A DNA stretch of 64,000 nucleotides. It comes from Azolla caroliniana. Taxonomy: Eukaryota; Plantae; Polypodiophyta. This document shows, piece after piece, positions 13,806-26,398 of this stretch. The stretch is taken from positions 1-64,000 of the forward strand of contig JBHGNT010000128.1 of NCBI GenBank assembly GCA_043228905.1. Direction: 5' to 3'. The notes below the pieces were generated by a model. It saw only the letters and a program-made list of their open reading frames with translations, ran no database searches and was not told the origin of the DNA. Each line of letters opens with the position of its first letter. Position 1 is the first letter of the stretch. Position numbers and translations under genes: made by a program.

Positions 13806-13937
13806 ATTATCATTAGAAGCGGGACGCGCCTATGGAACATCTCCCTTCATTTTTATTATCATTGTAGAATGAGGGCGCGCCTATGTAACACCTTCCTTCA
13901 TTTTTATTATCATTGTAGAATGAGGGCGCGCCTATGT
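13806..13937 (-). repeat. 51-bp triplication of the U2 3' end and 3' flank (present in every array unit)
   Basis: CGCGCCTATG at 13825, 13876 and 13927; the last is the U2 terminus itself. Confidence 0.9.
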
Positions 13938-14127
13938 GACCTCAACATCAGTGCAAGGCTGAGGCGACGCACGCAACTCCCAAATGCAGCAAGCTGCCTT
14001 GAGCGAGAGCTGCCCCCATGAAAGAAATTAGGTTAATATCGTGCGGCCTGATAGGCCGCGTATCAGATATTAAACTGATAAGAACAGATACTACACTTGA
14101 TCTTAGCCAAAAGGCCGAGAAAGGTAT
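13924..14127 (-). ncRNA. U2: U2 snRNA gene (array type)
   Basis: Reverse complement of the U2 5' end at 14127; USE TCCCACATGG 14192-14183, TATAAG from 14160. Confidence 0.97.
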
Positions 14128-16268
14128 GAGTTCTCTTGAAGAACCGATTTGCTTCTTATAGGCTGCACCCTAACATGCCTCACCATGTGGGATATACGTT
14201 ATATAATCATCTCAACATTTAAAGCAAACTTTTGTCCTCTCATTGCATCGAAACCACCTTGGCCGATCGTGGGGACCACATTTGTTGTTGTTTGGTTGTA
14301 GCCACCCTATTATCCATCCCTATACCAAGTCGGGATATACATACTCTCCCATCGCCAAGTGCACCTTATAGGTGCGATTCGTTATTGGTGGTTATAAGCC
14401 CCCATATCTGAACCAAACGAACGTTCACGAAATCGTGTGAGCTTCCCGAATCGAGCGAGAATTGTAATGGAGATCCACCCGTCTGCACGTAGTAAATCAT
14501 TAGGCCCCACTGCATGTCGAGGGAAAGAGAATTTACAATTACTTGAACGACCGGCGCGCGTAAACCTCAAGGAAATATGTTCCGCATCGTTGCATCTAGG
14601 TAACTACGTTTTCACGTTACCCAACCTCGAGTCTCGTCATGACAATGGCACACACTAATGAGCAACCTAATGGCCACGCCGACACGCGCCCTCTTCTCCG
14701 CATTGAAGCTAGTGTGGCCCGTCACATGGTTATCTCATGACCAATGCGTTTCACAATGATGGTCTCGTGACGCCCCCCTAATCAAGTAACGAACGCGGGA
14801 GACTCGATGCGGGATTCGTAAGGGCGACCCAATGAGAAGTGGGTCTAACCCTAATTCCCCTTAAATGGGCGGGGAATGGGCAAGACACCATGATCCAAGG
14901 CAACATACACCGACCGTGGCCATGCTTTGCGCAATTTTTACATATGGCACAATCGGGGCGACCGAGGGTAGTAGCACTAATTTCGTTAAATAAGGATGGT
15001 CACCGCACCTTCCCCACAGAAATGCGAGGGTGGGCACCGCGACCCTAAACCCCGAAACACACACCATCATGCATATGATACCGATATCGTATAACAAATT
15101 CTGAACATGCACACTACATGTCTAGGACATGTATAACATCGCATAGGCATACACGCGATCCCATCCATATGCATACATAAACGGATCTTAAACAAAGACG
15201 CAATCCAATGACGATGCAATCGAGACGCGTAATAAACGCCTTTGGGCTCTACGGACACTCGGCGACCGGAGGGGTATATGAAACATGAGGTTTGAGGCAT
15301 TGACCTGATACACGCATGAGACAACATCTCCTATCAAACATGTACTATATGGATTTCGAATAACGGAGTAGATAGTGTAATGCGTAATGTAGGCGTAAAC
15401 CTCACAAGCAATACATTTAACACGCATACGATTTATACGACGCATAAAGTATGGCCAAGGCAACATGATCTAACGATCTATACGTTAAAATAATGGCTTC
15501 AACATGTACACGCAAGGGAGAAGAAATAATGTAGAAGACGATAAAGCACATGATTCAGAAGAACAACCCTGATGTAGCTCAAGGGTTGCGTTGTTGCTAT
15601 TTCCGTGCTTCGTCTTATGTTTCCTCCGGGCTTGCAACGCACGACTTGAAGTTCTTGCTCCCGACGTTCCGAACTTTTAGAAAGCGTTGTATCTCCTCCT
15701 CATATCTGCGCAATTTGTGCGCTTGGGAGACGGGAAGTGATTCTCAAAATTGACTGATGTGAGACATGCGCCTCATCCTCCTCACGTTCTTCGGCTGTCG
15801 ACGGGGATTGCACAAGCGACGCACGCGTGGATTCACGTCTCGGCCAGTGCTCAAGGATTGTGCGAGCGTGTTGGTTGTACATGGACATCGCATCGGTGTT
15901 TCCCTCCTTTGTTATTCTACAGCTTCGGCAACCCATGGCCATTGACGCACGGTTCTACGTCACGACGCGCATGGTTTCTCTCTAGCCGCTGTACTTAAAT
16001 TAATTACGAGAAGGAGAAGGTAGGCGAGGTTGGAGCGTGTGATGTGCGATCTATAGATATGAACGGAAACGTGAAGGGGCTAAACATGGACGAGGTTAAA
16101 GTGAACCACCAATAGTGAGTGGGTAGATTGACGTGAGAGGATGGTGGCGCGATGACGGTTGTGCGTGCGTGTCATGGTGAATACACAGACGCAAGATAAG
16201 AACGTCCCACATAGAGAGGATGCAGAGCAAGGGGGCTATAAAACGAGAGCGTTGCGCTAAGCCAAAAC

Positions 16269-16429
16269 ATACTTACCTGGGCGGGGTCAATCGGTGATCA
16301 AGAAGGCCGATGGCTTAGGGCCGGTGCCTCCATTGCACCACCGGAGGGACTGCTTGCCCTAGCATCTCCCCAAGCGGGAGAGTGCACGTCATAATTTGTG
16401 ACAGCAGGGGCTCGCGTTCGCGCGGCCCC
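16269..16429 (+). ncRNA. U1: U1 snRNA gene (array type)
   Basis: ATACTTACCTGG; stem-loop I loop GATCAAGAAG; USE TCCCACATAG 16205-16214, TATAAAA from 16237. Confidence 0.97.
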
Positions 16430-17246
16430 CATCTCAATCCAGTGATATCAAGTCGTCCACGTTTGGCGGAAGCATTGGTCGCTCATGGCGGATTCGTCTC
16501 AAATGATGCGCTTATGCTTGATCGTCAAGTTGGCCATGTTTGGCGGAAGCGTCGGTTGCGCTAAGGGTCCCTCGGCATTTTGCTTGGCGGAAGCATCTTA
16601 TTTTTTGGTGGCTTCCCTCGGCCATGCATATTATGCAAAATGATTTGGCGGAAGCACAATATGGTTTCGGACACCAACACAACACCGATTTCCACTACCC
16701 TGAGAAACGAGAGGAGTATAAAGAACCATCGAGCGGGGATATACACGTATAGGATATACACGTGTCATAGGCCGGAGGTGGCACATGGCGTGCCCATGGT
16801 AAGAGTGAAGAGAATTCTGAGTGGATACACGCGACGAGCTGCACATGCGTCGATGTAAAATCTAGTTCACTTCTCTGCCTTGGACCATGAGAGACCACAT
16901 ACGTACGCCTAACGACCATAGGCGGACGCCCGCCGCATCCTCCATTTATCTTCTCTCCCATTCCAATAGTTCTTCTTTATAGCCCGGGCATCGGTTTGGC
17001 TCGTCTCTCTGCTCGATTCATGGACGTTCACCGCGCGTTGAAAGCCTTCCGTTCTAGTACCTAAAGAAATGTGGGAAAAGATAGATGCATTTATCTAGAA
17101 CGTTCATCCGCGTGACATCGTCCTTTAGATTATCATTAGAAGCGGGACGCGCCTATGGAACATCTCCCTTCATTTTTATTATCATTGTAGAATGAGGGCG
17201 CGCCTATGTAACACCTTCCTTCATTTTTATTATCATTGTAGAATGA

Positions 17247-17450
17247 GGGCGCGCCTATGTGACCTCAACATCAGTGCAAGGCTGAGGCGACGCACGCAAC
17301 TCCCAAATGCAGCAAGCTGCCTTGAGCGAGAGCTGCCCCCATGAAAGAAATTAGGTTAATATCGTGCGGCCTGATAGGCCGCGTATCAGATATTAAACTG
17401 ATAAGAACAGATACTACACTTGATCTTAGCCAAAAGGCCGAGAAAGGTAT
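17247..17450 (-). ncRNA. U2: U2 snRNA gene (array type)
   Basis: Copy of 13924-14127 at +3323, with promoter. Confidence 0.97.
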
Positions 17451-19591
17451 GAGTTCTCTTGAAGAACCGATTTGCTTCTTATAGGCTGCACCCTAACATG
17501 CCTCACCATGTGGGATATACGTTATATAATCATCTCAACATTTAAAGCAAACTTTTGTCCTCTCATTGCATCGAAACCACCTTGGCCGATCGTGGGGACC
17601 ACATTTGTTGTTGTTTGGTTGTAGCCACCCTATTATCCATCCCTATACCAAGTCGGGATATACATACTCTCCCATCGCCAAGTGCACCTTATAGGTGCGA
17701 TTCGTTATTGGTGGTTATAAGCCCCCATATCTGAACCAAACGAACGTTCACGAAATCGTGTGAGCTTCCCGAATCGAGCGAGAATTGTAATGGAGATCCA
17801 CCCGTCTGCACGTAGTAAATCATTAGGCCCCACTGCATGTCGAGGGAAAGAGAATTTACAATTACTTGAACGACCGGCGCGCGTAAACCTCAAGGAAATA
17901 TGTTCCGCATCGTTGCATCTAGGTAACTACGTTTTCACGTTACCCAACCTCGAGTCTCGTCATGACAATGGCACACACTAATGAGCAACCTAATGGCCAC
18001 GCCGACACGCGCCCTCTTCTCCGCATTGAAGCTAGTGTGGCCCGTCACATGGTTATCTCATGACCAATGCGTTTCACAATGATGGTCTCGTGACGCCCCC
18101 CTAATCAAGTAACGAACGCGGGAGACTCGATGCGGGATTCGTAAGGGCGACCCAATGAGAAGTGGGTCTAACCCTAATTCCCCTTAAATGGGCGGGGAAT
18201 GGGCAAGACACCATGATCCAAGGCAACATACACCGACCGTGGCCATGCTTTGCGCAATTTTTACATATGGCACAATCGGGGCGACCGAGGGTAGTAGCAC
18301 TAATTTCGTTAAATAAGGATGGTCACCGCACCTTCCCCACAGAAATGCGAGGGTGGGCACCGCGACCCTAAACCCCGAAACACGCACCATCATGCATATG
18401 ATACCGATATCGTATAACAAATTCTGAACATGCACACTACATGTCTAGGACATGTATAACATCGCATAGGCATACACGCGATCCCATCCATATGCATACA
18501 TAAACGGATCTTAAACAAAGACGCAATCCAATGACGATGCAATCGAGACGCGTAATAAACGCCTTTGGGCTCTACGGACACTCGGCGACCGGAGGGGTAT
18601 ATGAAACATGAGGTTTGAGGCATTGACCTGATACACGCATGAGACAACATCTCCTATCAAACATGTACTATATGGATTTCGAATAACGGAGTAGATAGTG
18701 TAATGCGTAATGTAGGCGTAAACCTCACAAGCAATACATTTAACACGCATACGATTTATACGACGCATAAAGTATGGCCAAGGCAACATGATCTAACGAT
18801 CTATACGTTAAAATAATGGCTTCAACATGTACACGCAAGGGAGAAGAAATAATGTAGAAGACGATAAAGCACATGATTCAGAAGAACAACCCTGATGTAG
18901 CTCAAGGGTTGCGTTGTTGCTATTTCCGTGCTTCGTCTTATGTTTCCTCCGGGCTTGCAACGCACGACTTGAAGTTCTTGCTCCCGACGTTCCGAACTTT
19001 TAGAAAGCGTTGTATCTCCTCCTCATATCTGCGCAATTTGTGCGCTTGGGAGACGGGAAGTGATTCTCAAAATTGACTGATGTGAGACATGCGCCTCATC
19101 CTCCTCACGTTCTTCGGCTGTCGACGGGGATTGCACAAGCGACGCACGCGTGGATTCACGTCTCGGCCAGTGCTCAAGGATTGTGCGAGCGTGTTGGTTG
19201 TACATGGACATCGCATCGGTGTTTCCCTCCTTTGTTATTCTACAGCTTCGGCAACCCATGGCCATTGACGCACGGTTCTACGTCACGACGCGCATGGTTT
19301 CTCTCTAGCCGCTGTACTTAAATTAATTACGAGAAGGAGAAGGTAGGCGAGGTTGGAGCGTGTGATGTGCGATCTATAGATATGAACGGAAACGTGAAGG
19401 GGCTAAACATGGACGAGGTTAAAGTGAACCACCAATAGTGAGTGGGTAGATTGACGTGAGAGGATGGTGGCGCGATGACGGTTGTGCGTGCGTGTCATGG
19501 TGAATACACAGACGCAAGATAAGAACGTCCCACATAGAGAGGATGCAGAGCAAGGGGGCTATAAAACGAGAGCGTTGCGCTAAGCCAAAAC

Positions 19592-19752
19592 ATACTTACC
19601 TGGGCGGGGTCAATCGGTGATCAAGAAGGCCGATGGCTTAGGGCCGGTGCCTCCATTGCACCACCGGAGGGACTGCTTGCCCTAGCATCTCCCCAAGCGG
19701 GAGAGTGCACGTCATAATTTGTGACAGCAGGGGCTCGCGTTCGCGCGGCCCC
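19592..19752 (+). ncRNA. U1: U1 snRNA gene (array type)
   Basis: Copy of 16269-16429 at +3323. Confidence 0.97.
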
Positions 19753-20569
19753 CATCTCAATCCAGTGATATCAAGTCGTCCACGTTTGGCGGAAGCATTG
19801 GTCGCTCATGGCGGATTCGTCTCAAATGATGCGCTTATGCTTGATCGTCAAGTTGGCCATGTTTGGCGGAAGCGTCGGTTGCGCTAAGGGTCCCTCGGCA
19901 TTTTGCTTGGCGGAAGCATCTTATTTTTTGGTGGCTTCCCTCGGCCATGCATATTATGCAAAATGATTTGGCGGAAGCACAATATGGTTTCGGACACCAA
20001 CACAACACCGATTTCCACTACCCTGAGAAACGAGAGGAGTATAAAGAACCATCGAGCGGGGATATACACGTATAGGATATACACGTGTCATAGGCCGGAG
20101 GTGGCACATGGCGTGCCCATGGTAAGAGTGAAGAGAATTCTGAGTGGATACACGCGACGAGCTGCACATGCGTCGATGTAAAATCTAGTTCACTTCTCTG
20201 CCTTGGACCATGAGAGACCACATACGTACGCCTAACGACCATAGGCGGACGCCCGCCGCATCCTCCATTTATCTTCTCTCCCATTCCAATAGTTCTTCTT
20301 TATAGCCCGGGCATCGGTTTGGCTCGTCTCTCTGCTCGATTCATGGACGTTCACCGCGCGTTGAAAGCCTTCCGTTCTAGTACCTAAAGAAATGTGGGAA
20401 AAGATAGATGCATTTATCTAGAACGTTCATCCGCGTGACATCGTCCTTTAGATTATCATTAGAAGCGGGACGCGCCTATGGAACATCTCCCTTCATTTTT
20501 ATTATCATTGTAGAATGAGGGCGCGCCTATGTAACACCTTCCTTCATTTTTATTATCATTGTAGAATGA

Positions 20570-20773
20570 GGGCGCGCCTATGTGACCTCAACATCAGTGC
20601 AAGGCTGAGGCGACGCACGCAACTCCCAAATGCAGCAAGCTGCCTTGAGCGAGAGCTGCCCCCATGAAAGAAATTAGGTTAATATCGTGCGGCCTGATAG
20701 GCCGCGTATCAGATATTAAACTGATAAGAACAGATACTACACTTGATCTTAGCCAAAAGGCCGAGAAAGGTAT
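20570..20773 (-). ncRNA. U2: U2 snRNA gene (array type)
   Basis: Array copy with USE/TATA. Confidence 0.97.
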
Positions 20774-22914
20774 GAGTTCTCTTGAAGAACCGATTTGCTT
20801 CTTATAGGCTGCACCCTAACATGCCTCACCATGTGGGATATACGTTATATAATCATCTCAACATTTAAAGCAAACTTTTGTCCTCTCATTGCATCGAAAC
20901 CACCTTGGCCGATCGTGGGGACCACATTTGTTGTTGTTTGGTTGTAGCCACCCTATTATCCATCCCTATACCAAGTCGGGATATACATACTCTCCCATCG
21001 CCAAGTGCACCTTATAGGTGCGATTCGTTATTGGTGGTTATAAGCCCCCATATCTGAACCAAACGAACGTTCACGAAATCGTGTGAGCTTCCCGAATCGA
21101 GCGAGAATTGTAATGGAGATCCACCCGTCTGCACGTAGTAAATCATTAGGCCCCACTGCATGTCGAGGGAAAGAGAATTTACAATTACTTGAACGACCGG
21201 CGCGCGTAAACCTCAAGGAAATATGTTCCGCATCGTTGCATCTAGGTAACTACGTTTTCACGTTACCCAACCTCGAGTCTCGTCATGACAATGGCACACA
21301 CTAATGAGCAACCTAATGGCCACGCCGACACGCGCCCTCTTCTCCGCATTGAAGCTAGTGTGGCCCGTCACATGGTTATCTCATGACCAATGCGTTTCAC
21401 AATGATGGTCTCGTGACGCCCCCCTAATCAAGTAACGAACGCGGGAGACTCGATGCGGGATTCGTAAGGGCGACCCAATGAGAAGTGGGTCTAACCCTAA
21501 TTCCCCTTAAATGGGCGGGGAATGGGCAAGACACCATGATCCAAGGCAACATACACCGACCGTGGCCATGCTTTGCGCAATTTTTACATATGGCACAATC
21601 GGGGCGACCGAGGGTAGTAGCACTAATTTCGTTAAATAAGGATGGTCACCGCACCTTCCCCACAGAAATGCGAGGGTGGGCACCGCGACCCTAAACCCCG
21701 AAACACGCACCATCATGCATATGATACCGATATCGTATAACAAATTCTGAACATGCACACTACATGTCTAGGACATGTATAACATCGCATAGGCATACAC
21801 GCGATCCCATCCATATGCATACATAAACGGATCTTAAACAAAGACGCAATCCAATGACGATGCAATCGAGACGCGTAATAAACGCCTTTGGGCTCTACGG
21901 ACACTCGGCGACCGGAGGGGTATATGAAACATGAGGTTTGAGGCATTGACCTGATACACGCATGAGACAACATCTCCTATCAAACATGTACTATATGGAT
22001 TTCGAATAACGGAGTAGATAGTGTAATGCGTAATGTAGGCGTAAACCTCACAAGCAATACATTTAACACGCATACGATTTATACGACGCATAAAGTATGG
22101 CCAAGGCAACATGATCTAACGATCTATACGTTAAAATAATGGCTTCAACATGTACACGCAAGGGAGAAGAAATAATGTAGAAGACGATAAAGCACATGAT
22201 TCAGAAGAACAACCCTGATGTAGCTCAAGGGTTGCGTTGTTGCTATTTCCGTGCTTCGTCTTATGTTTCCTCCGGGCTTGCAACGCACGACTTGAAGTTC
22301 TTGCTCCCGACGTTCCGAACTTTTAGAAAGCGTTGTATCTCCTCCTCATATCTGCGCAATTTGTGCGCTTGGGAGACGGGAAGTGATTCTCAAAATTGAC
22401 TGATGTGAGACATGCGCCTCATCCTCCTCACGTTCTTCGGCTGTCGACGGGGATTGCACAAGCGACGCACGCGTGGATTCACGTCTCGGCCAGTGCTCAA
22501 GGATTGTGCGAGCGTGTTGGTTGTACATGGACATCGCATCGGTGTTTCCCTCCTTTGTTATTCTACAGCTTCGGCAACCCATGGCCATTGACGCACGGTT
22601 CTACGTCACGACGCGCATGGTTTCTCTCTAGCCGCTGTACTTAAATTAATTACGAGAAGGAGAAGGTAGGCGAGGTTGGAGCGTGTGATGTGCGATCTAT
22701 AGATATGAACGGAAACGTGAAGGGGCTAAACATGGACGAGGTTAAAGTGAACCACCAATAGTGAGTGGGTAGATTGACGTGAGAGGATGGTGGCGCGATG
22801 ACGGTTGTGCGTGCGTGTCATGGTGAATACACAGACGCAAGATAAGAACGTCCCACATAGAGAGGATGCAGAGCAAGGGGGCTATAAAACGAGAGCGTTG
22901 CGCTAAGCCAAAAC

Positions 22915-23075
22915 ATACTTACCTGGGCGGGGTCAATCGGTGATCAAGAAGGCCGATGGCTTAGGGCCGGTGCCTCCATTGCACCACCGGAGGGACTGCT
23001 TGCCCTAGCATCTCCCCAAGCGGGAGAGTGCACGTCATAATTTGTGACAGCAGGGGCTCGCGTTCGCGCGGCCCC
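22915..23075 (+). ncRNA. U1: U1 snRNA gene (array type)
   Basis: Array copy with USE/TATA. Confidence 0.97.
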
Positions 23076-23892
23076 CATCTCAATCCAGTGATATCAAGTC
23101 GTCCACGTTTGGCGGAAGCATTGGTCGCTCATGGCGGATTCGTCTCAAATGATGCGCTTATGCTTGATCGTCAAGTTGGCCATGTTTGGCGGAAGCGTCG
23201 GTTGCGCTAAGGGTCCCTCGGCATTTTGCTTGGCGGAAGCATCTTATTTTTTGGTGGCTTCCCTCGGCCATGCATATTATGCAAAATGATTTGGCGGAAG
23301 CACAATATGGTTTCGGACACCAACACAACACCGATTTCCACTACCCTGAGAAACGAGAGGAGTATAAAGAACCATCGAGCGGGGATATACACGTATAGGA
23401 TATACACGTGTCATAGGCCGGAGGTGGCACATGGCGTGCCCATGGTAAGAGTGAAGAGAATTCTGAGTGGATACACGCGACGAGCTGCACATGCGTCGAT
23501 GTAAAATCTAGTTCACTTCTCTGCCTTGGACCATGAGAGACCACATACGTACGCCTAACGACCATAGGCGGACGCCCGCCGCATCCTCCATTTATCTTCT
23601 CTCCCATTCCAATAGTTCTTCTTTATAGCCCGGGCATCGGTTTGGCTCGTCTCTCTGCTCGATTCATGGACGTTCACCGCGCGTTGAAAGCCTTCCGTTC
23701 TAGTACCTAAAGAAATGTGGGAAAAGATAGATGCATTTATCTAGAACGTTCATCCGCGTGACATCGTCCTTTAGATTATCATTAGAAGCGGGACGCGCCT
23801 ATGGAACATCTCCCTTCATTTTTATTATCATTGTAGAATGAGGGCGCGCCTATGTAACACCTTCCTTCATTTTTATTATCATTGTAGAATGA

Positions 23893-24096
23893 GGGCGCGC
23901 CTATGTGACCTCAACATCAGTGCAAGGCTGAGGCGACGCACGCAACTCCCAAATGCAGCAAGCTGCCTTGAGCGAGAGCTGCCCCCATGAAAGAAATTAG
24001 GTTAATATCGTGCGGCCTGATAGGCCGCGTATCAGATATTAAACTGATAAGAACAGATACTACACTTGATCTTAGCCAAAAGGCCGAGAAAGGTAT
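23893..24096 (-). ncRNA. U2: U2 snRNA gene (array type)
   Basis: Array copy with USE/TATA. Confidence 0.97.
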
Positions 24097-26237
24097 GAGT
24101 TCTCTTGAAGAACCGATTTGCTTCTTATAGGCTGCACCCTAACATGCCTCACCATGTGGGATATACGTTATATAATCATCTCAACATTTAAAGCAAACTT
24201 TTGTCCTCTCATTGCATCGAAACCACCTTGGCCGATCGTGGGGACCACATTTGTTGTTGTTTGGTTGTAGCCACCCTATTATCCATCCCTATACCAAGTC
24301 GGGATATACATACTCTCCCATCGCCAAGTGCACCTTATAGGTGCGATTCGTTATTGGTGGTTATAAGCCCCCATATCTGAACCAAACGAACGTTCACGAA
24401 ATCGTGTGAGCTTCCCGAATCGAGCGAGAATTGTAATGGAGATCCACCCGTCTGCACGTAGTAAATCATTAGGCCCCACTGCATGTCGAGGGAAAGAGAA
24501 TTTACAATTACTTGAACGACCGGCGCGCGTAAACCTCAAGGAAATATGTTCCGCATCGTTGCATCTAGGTAACTACGTTTTCACGTTACCCAACCTCGAG
24601 TCTCGTCATGACAATGGCACACACTAATGAGCAACCTAATGGCCACGCCGACACGCGCCCTCTTCTCCGCATTGAAGCTAGTGTGGCCCGTCACATGGTT
24701 ATCTCATGACCAATGCGTTTCACAATGATGGTCTCGTGACGCCCCCCTAATCAAGTAACGAACGCGGGAGACTCGATGCGGGATTCGTAAGGGCGACCCA
24801 ATGAGAAGTGGGTCTAACCCTAATTCCCCTTAAATGGGCGGGGAATGGGCAAGACACCATGATCCAAGGCAACATACACCGACCGTGGCCATGCTTTGCG
24901 CAATTTTTACATATGGCACAATCGGGGCGACCGAGGGTAGTAGCACTAATTTCGTTAAATAAGGATGGTCACCGCACCTTCCCCACAGAAATGCGAGGGT
25001 GGGCACCGCGACCCTAAACCCCGAAACACGCACCATCATGCATATGATACCGATATCGTATAACAAATTCTGAACATGCACACTACATGTCTAGGACATG
25101 TATAACATCGCATAGGCATACACGCGATCCCATCCATATGCATACATAAACGGATCTTAAACAAAGACGCAATCCAATGACGATGCAATCGAGACGCGTA
25201 ATAAACGCCTTTGGGCTCTACGGACACTCGGCGACCGGAGGGGTATATGAAACATGAGGTTTGAGGCATTGACCTGATACACGCATGAGACAACATCTCC
25301 TATCAAACATGTACTATATGGATTTCGAATAACGGAGTAGATAGTGTAATGCGTAATGTAGGCGTAAACCTCACAAGCAATACATTTAACACGCATACGA
25401 TTTATACGACGCATAAAGTATGGCCAAGGCAACATGATCTAACGATCTATACGTTAAAATAATGGCTTCAACATGTACACGCAAGGGAGAAGAAATAATG
25501 TAGAAGACGATAAAGCACATGATTCAGAAGAACAACCCTGATGTAGCTCAAGGGTTGCGTTGTTGCTATTTCCGTGCTTCGTCTTATGTTTCCTCCGGGC
25601 TTGCAACGCACGACTTGAAGTTCTTGCTCCCGACGTTCCGAACTTTTAGAAAGCGTTGTATCTCCTCCTCATATCTGCGCAATTTGTGCGCTTGGGAGAC
25701 GGGAAGTGATTCTCAAAATTGACTGATGTGAGACATGCGCCTCATCCTCCTCACGTTCTTCGGCTGTCGACGGGGATTGCACAAGCGACGCACGCGTGGA
25801 TTCACGTCTCGGCCAGTGCTCAAGGATTGTGCGAGCGTGTTGGTTGTACATGGACATCGCATCGGTGTTTCCCTCCTTTGTTATTCTACAGCTTCGGCAA
25901 CCCATGGCCATTGACGCACGGTTCTACGTCACGACGCGCATGGTTTCTCTCTAGCCGCTGTACTTAAATTAATTACGAGAAGGAGAAGGTAGGCGAGGTT
26001 GGAGCGTGTGATGTGCGATCTATAGATATGAACGGAAACGTGAAGGGGCTAAACATGGACGAGGTTAAAGTGAACCACCAATAGTGAGTGGGTAGATTGA
26101 CGTGAGAGGATGGTGGCGCGATGACGGTTGTGCGTGCGTGTCATGGTGAATACACAGACGCAAGATAAGAACGTCCCACATAGAGAGGATGCAGAGCAAG
26201 GGGGCTATAAAACGAGAGCGTTGCGCTAAGCCAAAAC

Positions 26238-26398
26238 ATACTTACCTGGGCGGGGTCAATCGGTGATCAAGAAGGCCGATGGCTTAGGGCCGGTGCCTCC
26301 ATTGCACCACCGGAGGGACTGCTTGCCCTAGCATCTCCCCAAGCGGGAGAGTGCACGTCATAATTTGTGACAGCAGGGGCTCGCGTTCGCGCGGCCCC
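26238..26398 (+). ncRNA. U1: U1 snRNA gene (array type)
   Basis: Array copy with USE/TATA. Confidence 0.97.

Noticed and set aside
13806-13937. CRISPR-like reading of the 51-bp and 54-bp repeats
   Set aside because: Head-to-tail repeats without unique spacers, eukaryotic context, no cas genes.
15042-15052. ACCCTAAACCC, resembling a telomerase RNA template, in each array unit
   Set aside because: No USE/TATA at a suitable distance and no oligo-T terminator; telo-box-like motifs are common in the window.
17067-17076. Extra USE-like TCCCACATTT on the minus strand of each unit, and a TATAAA near 16981
   Set aside because: The two are ~85 bp apart and no TATA lies at 22 or ~32 bp; no recognisable RNA gene follows.
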